Below, one piece after another: positions 1-10,449 of a DNA stretch of 17,134 nt. The stretch's first letter is position 1; every line of letters begins with the position of its first letter. The notes under the pieces were generated by a model that saw only the letters and a program-made list of their open reading frames with translations, ran no database searches and had not been told where the DNA came from. The position numbers were made by a program, and so were the translations under genes. This DNA comes from Ginkgo biloba (taxonomy: Eukaryota; Plantae; Ginkgophyta): positions 239,784,870-239,802,003 of the forward strand of contig JANKJI020000002.1 in assembly GCA_024626585.2 (NCBI GenBank). The letters run 5' to 3'.

Positions 1-284
1 AAAATTCTCGACGCAATTATCTCATCCATAATGATGTCACCCAGATAGAGTCATAGAAAAACATACTAGAACTCCTCGACACACTAAAAGGTCTAAATTG
101 TCACACCAGCACCAAAATGTTCATGTTGGAGAGTAACCGTATACCGTACACAATATACTCCAACACAAACACGAAATTACACAAGCAAGATAAAATTAAA
201 CTATGAACCTATTGCAATGATTCNNNNNNNNNNAATAAAGGTGGGTCGCAACCCATGGGCCTAGCCCAAGGCTACCCCCCAACA
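1..284 (-). mobile_element. Possible 5' end of an LTR running off the left edge
   Basis: ccccccaaca at 275-284 reads TGTTGGGGGG on the minus strand, a typical LTR start. The sequence to the left is non-coding. No independent confirmation. Confidence 0.3.
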
Positions 285-869
285 ATACTTCAATAATTCT
301 TCAACCCATGTAGGGGTGAATCAAAAGCTGAACGATTATAGTGCTTGTCAAATCCTATTAAGGGAGAAAGGAAATGGCTGCATACCTAATTGCAATCATC
401 CTTCATTTTACTTTAATGACTAGTATTTAATAAAATCACATAGTACATTTTGACTATGACTACAACATATTATAATCATCCGTTGTAGAGGAGAAGTGTT
501 TGTTGCTATAACTAACATTATCTCGTTGCAACAATTCAACATAATTACCAAGGGGTGAATTACCAAGCATAGAAACTCTACGAGGCACTCCTGTGACTAA
601 AGAAGAGGAAGAAGTGTCTCTCTTCACATCCAAGGCAAATGACCCTCTTGTAGAAGTGAAGGGGTGAGTAATGTTGCCTTCGCTATAGGTTGTGGACCTA
701 GAATTACTCTTTGATGGCTTGCTAAAAGCCTAAATCGACCATCTAGAAGTCCAAGATAATGAACAATGTCTCATTGATCTATCAGTGATACTATGAACAG
801 GGTAGTGCTTCTAAGCAACAACCATTATTGTATGTAGCAAAAAAAGAAAGTAATATATCTGTCCCCTCT

Positions 870-2400
870 CTGCCTAGCTCTTAAAAATGTCTATCTATGA
901 ATGAAAAGCTCCTTAGTAAAAAGAGCTTGGAAGCTTTGGCCATCATATCTAAAGTAAGAGATCCTAAACAGATAATAGTACCTCCCTCTAATCTTGTAGT
1001 AGATCGAAAACTTAAACAATGAAATGCTTTTCTATCTCAATCTCTAAAATACAAAGTTTGCAAATGCCTTGACCTCTAGGAATAAAATGATTTGTCTCCA
1101 CTATGAGCTGTTGTATGCAAGCTCAAAGCTAACCTAGTGGAAATCTCAACCTATGGTCCCAATGGCGCCTAAGGTACTCTAAGAGAACAGTGACACCATC
1201 TGAAAGGAAGACTAGCTTGGGGTTGAGAGGCTAGGTGGAGGGCAATCTATATGGTAGATAACAACTATGTTTATCTCCTTTTTGGGTGGAAAAAGATGAG
1301 GGGAGTATCTTAAGACAANNNNNNNNNNNNNNNNNNNNNNNNNNNNNNNNNNNNNNNNNNNNNNNNNNNNNNNNNNNNNNNNNNNNNNNNNNNNNNNNNN
1401 NNNNNNNNNNNNNNNNNNNNNNNNNNNNNNNNNNNNNNNNNNNNNNNNNNNNNNNNNNNNNNNNNNNNNNNNNNNNNNNNNNNNNNNNNNNNNNNNNNNN
1501 NNNNNNNNNNNNNNNNNNNNNNNNNNNNNNNNNNNNNNNNNNNNNNNNNNNNNNNNNNNNNNNNNNNNNNNNNNNNATGATGGTTTGTACTCTCTCAATA
1601 CATTCTCAATCTATATGTCCAAGGCTCGGACCACAAATCACTAACCCATAAAGCATCGTGCGTTTGACAATGGCATCAAAAAGCTGCATCTTAGACCCAA
1701 TGTCTTGAAAATGAGGTTGGAAACACTGTCTCTCCAAAATTGCAAGGAATGCATATCCTTTACACAACTTACAATTTTGAGTTGGTCTAAAGTTGAAGGA
1801 AGGACATGTTAACTAAACAACCAAAAAAGGATACAAGGTTGTGATATCTATAGGTTACCCTCTAAAAGTGAAGTCTACATAAGGCATCTCTAGTCGTATT
1901 TGAAAGCCACAAACTTAGTCTTTCTAAAGTTGACTTCCAATTACCTATTACCACAAAAAGAAGCAAGGGAACCCAATTTTCGTTGTAGCCCCTTAAGGAT
2001 GAAGGATAAAAAGACAATATCATCTACAAAGAGAAGAAAAGAAATGAAGACATGATGTAAGAGGCAACCATCTTTTGCATGAATTCTCTCTAAAGTGTTC
2101 CATATGAGATACGAACACAACCAATCATTATCTCATGTAATCTCATCAACACTATGACAATGATATCAAGAATGTCATGTACAAATACTCTAAAAATGGA
2201 TATGTCTAGGAAGTATATTGTATGGCCTTCCAAAAGTCTACCAAAACAACAATAAAGAGAGGAGTTGCCACAACTAATGCCAGGGCATTCAAAGGATTCA
2301 TCCATCATGTGGTAAAGTGATGATCGTTTGGTGCAAGCATGGAATTCAAATTGGCTAGAGTCAAAGGAAATGGTAGGGGGATTTGGCATTATACTAAACA
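870..2400 (-). mobile_element. Degenerate non-L1 LINE ORF2 (RTE-X/L2-like) RT plus C-terminal CCHC-type finger
   Basis: Minus-strand motifs in order: SSLYCCF(VDF)...LMRLHE; DGCLLHHVFISFLLFVDDIVFL (FVDD at 2030-2019); GLQRKLGSLASFC..LEVNFRKTK; LERQCFQPHFQDIGSKMQLFDAIVKRTMLYG...IERVQ; then, across the 1319-1576 gap, QLIVET..IPRGQGICKLC.LEIEIEKHF (ICKLC at 1065-1051) and YYKIRGRY. Confidence 0.88.
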
Positions 2401-2599
2401 AAGAAGAAAGAGAAAGAATACACGAAGGAATTATAAACCATAATGTTTAGTAGTAAAAGTGCAAACTTACTAGGAAAAGATCCAATTTTCTTGTTACTTT
2501 TAGCCGACAAAATAGTGAATCGTGTTTTCTTCTTTGAAATATCCTTGGAGTGTTCTTCTCAATTTTTGTGGTTCATGAAGATTCATGGCTCATCTTGTG

Positions 2600-3050
2600 C
2601 ACATTAGTGTAGGTAATCAAATTGTTTTCTACATGGGCTTCGCCCTTGTTTAGAGAAGACGCCACTTCCTATGATTTCTCACATGGTGGATTATTCAAAC
2701 TCAAATGAATGAGCAATTATTGGTCATTGACATAGTTAACTTGTTAATGCCAAAATGTAGACCCATCCCTAAATAATTGTTTAGTACATCTTAGACGCCC
2801 TAGAATGTCATCAATTTAGAAAAATGTTATAGTGTTAATGGATCCAATCCATGAAAATCAAACTAATATGGGAAGCAATCATCATCTACATGTGTGACCT
2901 CTTTGAGATGTCGTTCCAACTCATTTTAAGTCCTAAGATTGGAGGCAAAAGAGGGCACCCCTGCCTAAACCTAGCAGTATTGATGATGCACTTCATTGTG
3001 CTTCGTCCAAGCATGGAAAATTGGGTTTTTCACCTAATGTGTCTCCCACG
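2600..3050 (-). mobile_element. Second, more decayed LINE RT fragment
   Basis: INTARFRQGCPLLPPILGL / NELERHL (QGCP at 2963-2952; cf. GVKQGCPLSPTLFGLYIDELE), followed by DDDCF and DDI remnants. Boundaries are approximate. Confidence 0.65.
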
Positions 3051-3233
3051 TTAGGTTTTCTCCAGGATTTTTTTTCGTCCACCATTGTTCTGCTCAAAGT
3101 TTCCTCTAGTTGTTCCTCAAGAAGCCCCGTCTANNNNNNNNNNNNNNNNNNNNNNNNNNNNNNNNNNNNNNNNNNNNNNNNNNNNNNNNNNNNNNNNNNN
3201 NNNNNNNNNNNNNNNNNNNNNNNNNNNNNNNNN

Positions 3234-3849
3234 ATTTGAGCCATACATCAAAAACTCATTATTTCTAGGGACGTGACATTACATTTCCACTGACAAATAA
3301 CCCCGTCACATCCGGCCTGCATCTCTGTAACAAATTCTCTTAAAATAAGTTAAAAATGTGTCTTAAAATGCACAAAACACCTTTTAATCCCTTTAGCCCC
3401 TTTTGCTCTTTTCCTTAGGTCCTAATACACCAATGTGACCTTACTTTCTAACCTTAAGCACCTTTTTAATAATTTTTACTTTCTAAAGTTATACTTTAGA
3501 AAAGTTTTGAATTTTGAATTTTTTAATTCCACCAACGGCCCTATGCGCCTGATTCGGCTTCCAATTCGGATTTTTACTTCGAATTGATCCCTCTCCGGAT
3601 TTGACTGCCCAACAATGTCTGCAATCAATTTTCTTCTCAACCCATTCTCCAACAATTCTAACTCTAGTGTAGAACTCCCTCGAAAATCCTTTGGCGACTG
3701 TGCAACTTTCTTCCTCCCGCAGTTGTTCCTAACAAAACCACATTTTGGTTTCTCTCGTCCAATTTTACTCCTGCTTTGGTTCTCCCATCTAATTTTACTC
3801 CTTATCAGTGTCTGTCCTTCATCTCTCTCTCCTCCGTTCTCAATCATCT
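3234..3849 (-). mobile_element. Internal 5' leader region of the same LTR element
   Basis: Directly downstream of the PBS. Purine-rich on the minus strand, retains CpG, and contains a ~30-bp duplication (aattttactcct at 3761 and 3791) and a hairpin at 3480-3502. No gag motif recognised. Confidence 0.5.
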
Positions 3850-3861
3850 GCTCTAATACCA
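3850..3861 (-). promoter_or_regulatory. Primer binding site complementary to initiator tRNA-Met
   Basis: TGGTATTAGAGC on the minus strand, 1 mismatch to canonical TGGTATCAGAGC, abutting the LTR's terminal CA. Confidence 0.85.
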
Positions 3862-4123
3862 TGTGAAATAATTGCATAGAAAACTGAGAAATGCAACAGA
3901 TGGAATTTAGCTTTATCATTGAATGAATGAGACATATTTGAATGACTCAAACTGATGTCTACATAGAACTTCCTACAAACTATCCCAACTTCCATAATTA
4001 TAGGAAGTGATTATTATTCGAAGTACATGACATTAAAGTAAATAAACTCTAACTCTAACAGCTAGACTAACCCCTAACCACTACATAACCTAGACATAAC
4101 TAAATTATGTATAATATCTAACA
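3862..4123 (-). mobile_element. 5' LTR (262 bp) of a copia-type LTR retrotransposon
   Basis: The minus strand reads TGTTAGATAT...TTATTTCACA (TG...CA termini) and is immediately followed by the PBS. No partner LTR in the window; it may lie in the 3134-3233 gap. Confidence 0.8.
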
Positions 4124-4870
4124 ACAAAGCCAAGTATTGTTTCATAGTGTCAATATTATTAAAATAAAAATTGTTAGGACCTTAATTGTAAATCATACCT
4201 TGGACTAGACCATGGCATTTAGTTGACAAAGATGTGAGTTGTACTATTACAACACAGACTTCTGTGAATTTCGATTCCAAACCCAGATTGTGTACAGCAG
4301 AAGCAAGATTTAAAATCTTAAAATTTCAAGAGAATTGAATATAAATTAAAATTTCACATTCATAAGCGATCACCATATTCAAAAATAAATATTATTCAAA
4401 TAAAAATTAAGAATTGAAATCATAGTCCATAGATTATAGATCTACTTGTTTGTTAAATGAGACTGAAAATAAGAGTGCACAAAAACTACCGCCTTTATAT
4501 TATTCAACTTATACTTCTACATGGAATTTGTTAAATGAGAGTGAAAAACGTAGTTTATTACTTAGAATAATCACAAGATATTTCCTGGTATAAAAAGAAA
4601 TATTCACAAGTGAAATGCTTAGTAAAATCATAAGATTTCCCTTACTTAGAAAGGTTCCTTTGTTGGATTTTTTTTAGCTCTCTAATTTTAATTCCTAAGA
4701 AGAAGAACTCAAAATGTCTCCCAAAAGATCACCTAAGAAGTCTCCAAAAATCCCTAAAAAATGAATTTTCNNNNNNNNNNNNNNNNNNNNNNNNNNNNNN
4801 NNNNNNNNNNNNNNNNNNNNNNNNNNNNNNNNNNNNNNNNNNNNNNNNNNNNNNNNNNNNNNNNNNNNNN

Positions 4871-6689
4871 TATTTAGAAAATGACGATAAGTCACTTACA
4901 TCTCAAGTGTAGGTAGCATTCCATTAGTTGACAGGAAGTCACTTGCAATCTGTATGCAAGTGACTTACTTGCAACTTGTATGCAAGTGACTTACTTGCAA
5001 CCTGTATACAAGTAACTTCTATGTTGGGCTACTTGCATCCTAGGTGTAGGTAGCTCACTGTGCTCACCGATTTCTTATTGTTATCACTTGAACCATTCAA
5101 ACACACTGAAATACTTGTGTTGGGCACCTTATAAGGTGGCTTCTCTACGCAATTATTAGCTCCTGCCACCATGAAGATTAAAGTTGATAATGATCCATCT
5201 TCATTAAATCCTTGGCCTTGATAAGTGGGTCAAGGATAGCCATGAGGAACATTTCTAATTCATCCATGAAGGGCGTGCCTAACCCTAAGCCTAATGATGG
5301 GGCACAGTTGCATATCGTATACATGATGGTTAATCCCTGTGCAGAGGTGCTTAAGAGGGAGAAAGTTGTGAAGGGCAAGGCCAAGAGGGCATTTCAACTA
5401 GGGATGCCTCCTTTCAAAAAGTGATTATAGAGATTGTAGTTCCACAGAGGTCTCCTTAGGGTTTGAAATAGCCTTAGGAGTGAGCTCCACCCTATGTAGG
5501 GGTTAGTTTCCTTCTTTTCAGCATATATAGGGGTTATCTGGCCTTAGATGACCCTCAATCATTATCTCTCTCATCTCCTTATGATCTCGTATCGAAGCTG
5601 TCTTCACTCTAGGGGTCATTTTCTGCATTTGGGCTACTTGATTGCACTAGTGAAAGTCATCTTTTTTCAGGGACTAATTTGAACCGTTCATTAGCGTTTT
5701 GCAGGATACAACCTAATTTTTGATTGAAGAATTGCTCAGATCAAATCTCTGAGGCAAGGCGACCTCATTTAAGGGATTTGTACGCATTGAAGAGGCTTTA
5801 GTCGCAACCTGTTTCTGGCACCTGGCATATGTACTGTGTCATCTTTAACCTTTGAGGGGAGTCATTGCATTCTGAAATGCAGAGGTGGGACATTTTGGTC
5901 CATAGAGATAATTGACATCTTCAGATCTTACATTTTGACTAGGTAAGTAATTTGTAAGTATTAATTTTGCTCTATTTTTTGCACTATTACTGTGTGCTAT
6001 TTTTGCTACCATAAATTAACAAAAAAATGGAAATTAGTCTAAAATTGGAATTTGTGCTTTTATGTGCATGATTATGGGTTTGTTTACTCTAGGAATGCAG
6101 ATTCAAGCTTTATGTAGTAGGGTGCTCTTGGTCAAAGAGTTATTCTGCATGGTTTATGGTTGATTTTGGATTTGTATGGACATTAGGGTTTGGTTTATTT
6201 AATATTTTCCTCAGTTTTCAAGTTCTAAACCTTGTATCTATTCTTAGTGACTAGTTGCCCTAGTAGGGAATTCACTGAGGGGATTAATTGTGCATAGGTT
6301 TGGCTATGGCATTTCTTATTGCATTTTGTTCGGCTTGAGACAATACAAACCATAGGCCTTGTGAGTGTTTTATGGTTTTTACCACGGGCTAGTGATTGTG
6401 AAGGTAGAGCTAGTACCCTAAGAGCCCTTGAAGATGCTTTGATGTGGTTAGGCGTCCTAGGACTCATAGTGGGCCGTGCATCTACACTAACTTTCATGGT
6501 TATCTTTGTGTAGATTATTTCTTTGCTCACACTTATATTACAATGAATTATGTTTGTATGCATGGTTACTGTCCTTTACGGGTGGACATCTCATTAGGAA
6601 GATAGTCTTAGTGTTGAAGAAAGGTTAAAGATAGACCTACACCCAACACTCTTATTTGGTTGTAACGGGTGGAATCAAGCAAGTTGTCT
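4871..6689 (+). mobile_element. Probable long LTR / non-coding portion of a gypsy-type retrotransposon
   Basis: Non-coding, with short internal repeats and a TATATAGGGG TATA-like box at ~5524. This is followed by a pyrimidine-rich then a TG-rich segment, the usual U3-R-U5 layout, and its 3' part recurs at 6830-7470. Termini not identifiable. Confidence 0.45.
4936..5018. repeat. 3 x 26-bp palindromic tandem repeat (acttgcaayytgtatgcaagtgactt)
   Basis: Units at 4941-4966, 4967-4992 and 4993-5018. Perfect 12-bp stem aagtcacttgca/tgcaagtgactt (4936-4966). Related flanking copies at ~4889-4917 and ~5028-5054. Confidence 0.9.
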
Positions 6690-7470
6690 NNNNNNNNNNN
6701 NNNNNNNNNNNNNNNNNNNNNNNNNNNNNNNNNNNNNNNNNNNNNNNNNNNNNNNNNNNNNNNNNNNNNNNNNNNNNNNNNNNNNNNNNATGTGCACTAT
6801 CACTACACATTAACAAAGTGAGTTTAAATCTGATTTTTACTTTTATATGCATGGATATGGGTTTGTTTACCCGAGGAATCGAAATTTAGACGCCTTACAA
6901 TAGGGTGCCCTTACTCCAAGGGTTGTTTTGTATCATTTATGGTTGTTTTTTTATATGCAACATTTTAGGTTTTGGTACATCCATTCTTTTCCCCAACATT
7001 TAGGTCTCAAACCCTAGCACCCAATGTTAATGGCAATGTGTCCTAGCAAGGAATCCAATAAGAGAATTATTGGGCATAGGTCTAGCCATGCATGTGCATT
7101 GGATGCATTACGTTTAGCTTGGAATCGTATAAGCCATGGCCTACAATGACCGTTTTATGACTTGGAGTCATAGGGATACTAACAATGAGGATAGGACTAG
7201 CACCCTAAAAATACTCAAGAGTGTTTCAATGCTATGAGGTGTGCTAACACTCATAGCAAGTTGTACTTCTCAATTGACTTGCATTGGTATGTGTTTTTGT
7301 GCATGTGTTTATTGCTCACATTTATGTTTGCAATTGTGGTGCTTATATGCATGATATTGTTAGTGGGGTGGGTATCTCATTGGGAGATAACCCTAGTGTC
7401 GAAGAGGGCTTAAATATAGACCCACACCTGGCACTCTAATTTGGCTACAAAAGGTGGAATCAAGTAGGAA
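6050..7470 (+). repeat. Two diverged direct copies (~640 bp; ~6050-6685 and ~6830-7470) of an LTR-like sequence flanking a 100-N gap
   Basis: Collinear anchors at an offset of ~780: tgcatg..tatgggtttgtttac, tagggtgc, tttatggttg, gcatagg, ctag.acccta, actcatag, ttgctcaca, atctcatt.g, tagtgt.gaaga, atagacc.acacc, ggtggaatcaag. Confidence 0.85.
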
Positions 7471-7929
7471 GCTTGCTTGGTGCTAACAATTAGCATTTAT
7501 TCACTGGAGGTTTGGTTGGTATCCAAATAGGCCCCTTTAGGTGGTCTCTAACAACCAACAATGGATGCTAATTGAGTTGGCAAGTCTACCTTTAACCCTA
7601 ATGGTCTAGTCTTTTAAGCCTAGTACGTACTCATACTTGCAATACTAAAGTAATTAATATAAATGAAAAATTCTTTATACACTTTTTACCCTGATGACTT
7701 ATCTTTCGTATAGCATTTAATATTCTTAGCATGTAGGTTTAAATGTTGGGACTGATACACATACTAATGTTCCTATATTTCTCATCTCCATTACCCTCTA
7801 TCTTAAAGCCTGCAATGCCAACAAAACCAAAAAGATATGTCCAGAACCATGGAATGGATGTTGACCAAGGTGTGACCTATCATAATGGTCCTATATTTTC
7901 TAACACCTTATGGATAACATAATTTATAA

Positions 7930-8010
7930 ATAAGAAGGATGTCATGGAAGATCCAAAATGGAGGAAAGCAGAGCATACCACTTTGTTGAAGAACAAGACA
8001 ATGGGATATT
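7930..8010 (+). mobile_element. Ty1/copia RT N-terminal scrap
   Basis: VMEDPKWRKAEHTTLLKNKT(W) at 7941-8005 matches the copia A..DPKW..AM.EE..AL.KN.TW motif with a small deletion. Confidence 0.6.
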
Positions 8011-9114
8011 AAAAGGGTACCTAAACTATGTTTTAGCAACTCTAATTGTAAGCCTATAATGTCCTCAACTTTACTTGTTTGTGATATATAAATAACATTT
8101 TAGAAAAGATAAGGAGTGAAGAGGTGGCATGAGGTGGGTCAAGGGGAGATTTGGATATAGGCCTACCTAGGGACTTCATAAAGAGAAGTATCANNNNNNN
8201 NNNNNNNNNNNNNNNNNNNNNNNNNNNNNNNNNTATAAACTAGCACTTGTTTTTGGAGACATGAGAGTCCTCCAAAAAGATTTAGGAACACCTTTGAGTG
8301 AACAGATGAGCTTTATCCTTTCGGGTGAGAGAAACATATGCTTCTTTCATCTAAGAAGGTCATATATTCTAACAATCCTACATTCTTAACCTATATACCA
8401 ATGAAGATAAAAGTTGCAAATAGATAATTATTGGCGTATGTGTGCATAATANNNNNNNNNNNNNNNNNNNNNNNNNNNNNNNNNNNNNNNNNNNNNNNNN
8501 NNNNNNNNNNNNNNNNNNNNNNNNNNNNNNNNNNNNNNNNNNNNNNNNNNNAAGCGAAGCATTAAAAATAACTAGTTAATTAGGGATTTCCCTTACAGAA
8601 TCCCAACATGAAAGAATCATACAATTAAATTCTTTAGAAGAATTTTAAGAAGAGGTTAGGTTGTGCACTTACTTATTCCAACAACAAAGGAAGACATAGC
8701 ATGATTAGCAACCCAAGAAGAAAGAGTTTGAGACTAATGATTGGGCATTATAATATAATTTACAATATGATAATTTTCTTGGAATGTTTTAGGTAAGATG
8801 GTTGGGCCACTGTGAGATCAATGAAGTGTTCTCTAATGATCTAGTCAAGATATAATCATTGATGGCAGTCATAAAGAGTTATTTGTAAAATAGTTATCAT
8901 CTATAAATCTATCATAAACCTCTCAATCAGGAGCATTTCATTCATGAGATAGTAGAGTAATATGATTTTTAGCTAATATCAATGGTACCACCTTCTTCCT
9001 CTATTTAATTCCCCTCTTTCTTTAAAAAGAAAAAAGGATGGGGTTATAGGTTGTTCATGACATGTGTGAATTTTGTCTTAATGAGTTTTTTGCTTGTAAG
9101 AATTTGTTTAAATT

Positions 9115-10330
9115 ATAACTTAACCTCATATTGACTTGAGGATAACTTTGTTCTCTATACTTATCCTCAAATTGCTAGAGTTACTTTCATTGCCTCATGT
9201 GGCCCAATGTGAACTACCAGACTTAGCCTCAAACCAATGTGAGAATAATTATACCTCAAATTGGTATGAGGATAGGCAAACTTATGCTCAAACCAATGTG
9301 AGGATAAATTCCTTTATACTTATTCTTCAATTGATAAATTGTCATNNNNNNNNNNAAGTTATTGTCATTACCTTATATGTGCAAGTGCAAACTACTAGAC
9401 TTACCTTTAGATGGGAATGAGGGTAGTTATACTTATCTTTATATCAATAGGAGGATAATTTTGTTCTTTATACTTATCCTTAAACCACCTAAGTTATCCT
9501 CACCACCTCATGTGACCAAGTGAAGACTGCTAGACTTACCCTCAGACTAGTGTGAGGATAACTAGACTTACCTTGAGACCAATGTACAGATAAGTTTATC
9601 TTTTATACTTATCCTCAAAATGCTAGAGTTGTCCACATTACCTCATATGACCAAATGAAAAATTCCATACTTACCCTCAAAATAATATGAAGATAGTTAG
9701 AATTACCCTCAAATTGGTATGAGGATAACTTTGTTCTTTATACTTATCCTCAAACTACTTAAGTTACCCTCACTACCTTATGTAACCAAGTGAAGATTGC
9801 AAGACTTACCCTTAGATCTAACTTTATCTCTCATGTTTATCCTCAAAATTTTATAGTTACCCTCACTACCTCATATGACCAAGTGAACACTATTAAACTT
9901 ATCCTCAAACCAACATGAGGATAGCTCTTCCCTGATACTTAAACTACAAAATTATCTTCACTTTCCCATGTGATTAATGTGTAAGACCACTATACTTCTT
10001 TCAGCCTGATGTGAGGATAACTTCTTTCGTTATAATTATCCTCAAACTATGAAGTTACCCTCACTGCCTCGTGTGATTAATGTGCAAGAGCACTAGACTT
10101 ACCCTTAGATTAACAGGAGGATAACTTCATCCCTCATACTTATCCTCAAATTGCTACCTTATCCTCACTCTATCATTTGATCATCTTGTAAGTTGCAAAA
10201 TCTACTTTCATATTTATGTGAGGATAACATCCTTCATTATTTCTAAACATATTGAACTATCCATTCCATGCCATGCATCCTTAGAGTAATAGATCTATCC
10301 TCAGTCTTTATCTTCACATCCACTTGAGGG
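9115..10330. repeat. Modular tandem array (~95-135 bp units) built on TGAGGATAA / TTA(T/C)CCTCA inverted motifs
   Basis: Unit anchors (gaggataac-like) at 9138, 9300, 9451, 9586, 9721, ~9815, 9917, 10013, 10117 and 10220. Approximate consensus tgaggataactttgttctttatacttatcctcaaa-ctactagagttaccctcactacctcatgtgaccaagtgaagactactagacttaccctcaaaccaatg, plus an optional ~32-bp submodule. Confidence 0.92.
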
Positions 10331-10449
10331 AAACAATCTTGCCTACTAAACCAACACCACAACTTATATTCTTATTGGAGGATCAAAACAATTTCTTTGT
10401 TGATGACAAGGATATGATTGGGACATGACTACCTCGATAATAATGTCAA

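Noticed and set aside
3476-3919. 147-aa minus ORF and overlapping 83-aa plus ORF
   Set aside because: They cross the LTR/PBS boundary with no recognisable domain, so they are likely chance frames in a retroelement leader.
4448-4548. 21-bp direct repeat tttgttaaatgaga(c/g)tgaaaa about 79 bp apart
   Set aside because: A small local duplication in AT-rich spacer with no further structure.
5178-6563. Several 64-112 aa ORFs
   Set aside because: They lie in LTR-like non-coding sequence with no motifs. The 6.2-6.6 kb ones have no corresponding ORF in the 6830-7470 duplicate.
8581-8605. tagggatt as a possible hAT TIR upstream of the array
   Set aside because: No partner TIR or 8-bp TSD is visible, and the match is too short.
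8600-8990. Possible LINE RNase H remnant on the minus strand (WVANHA)
   Set aside because: Only one short weak motif, which is insufficient by eye.
9136-9420. ORF with a signal-peptide-like start (MRITLFSILILKLLELLSL)
   Set aside because: It starts at TTG, is a translation of the tandem repeat, and spans a gap.
9115-10330. CRISPR-like appearance of palindromic repeats with spacers
   Set aside because: The spacers are homologous to each other rather than unique, the repeats are degenerate, there are no cas genes, and the context is eukaryotic with introns.
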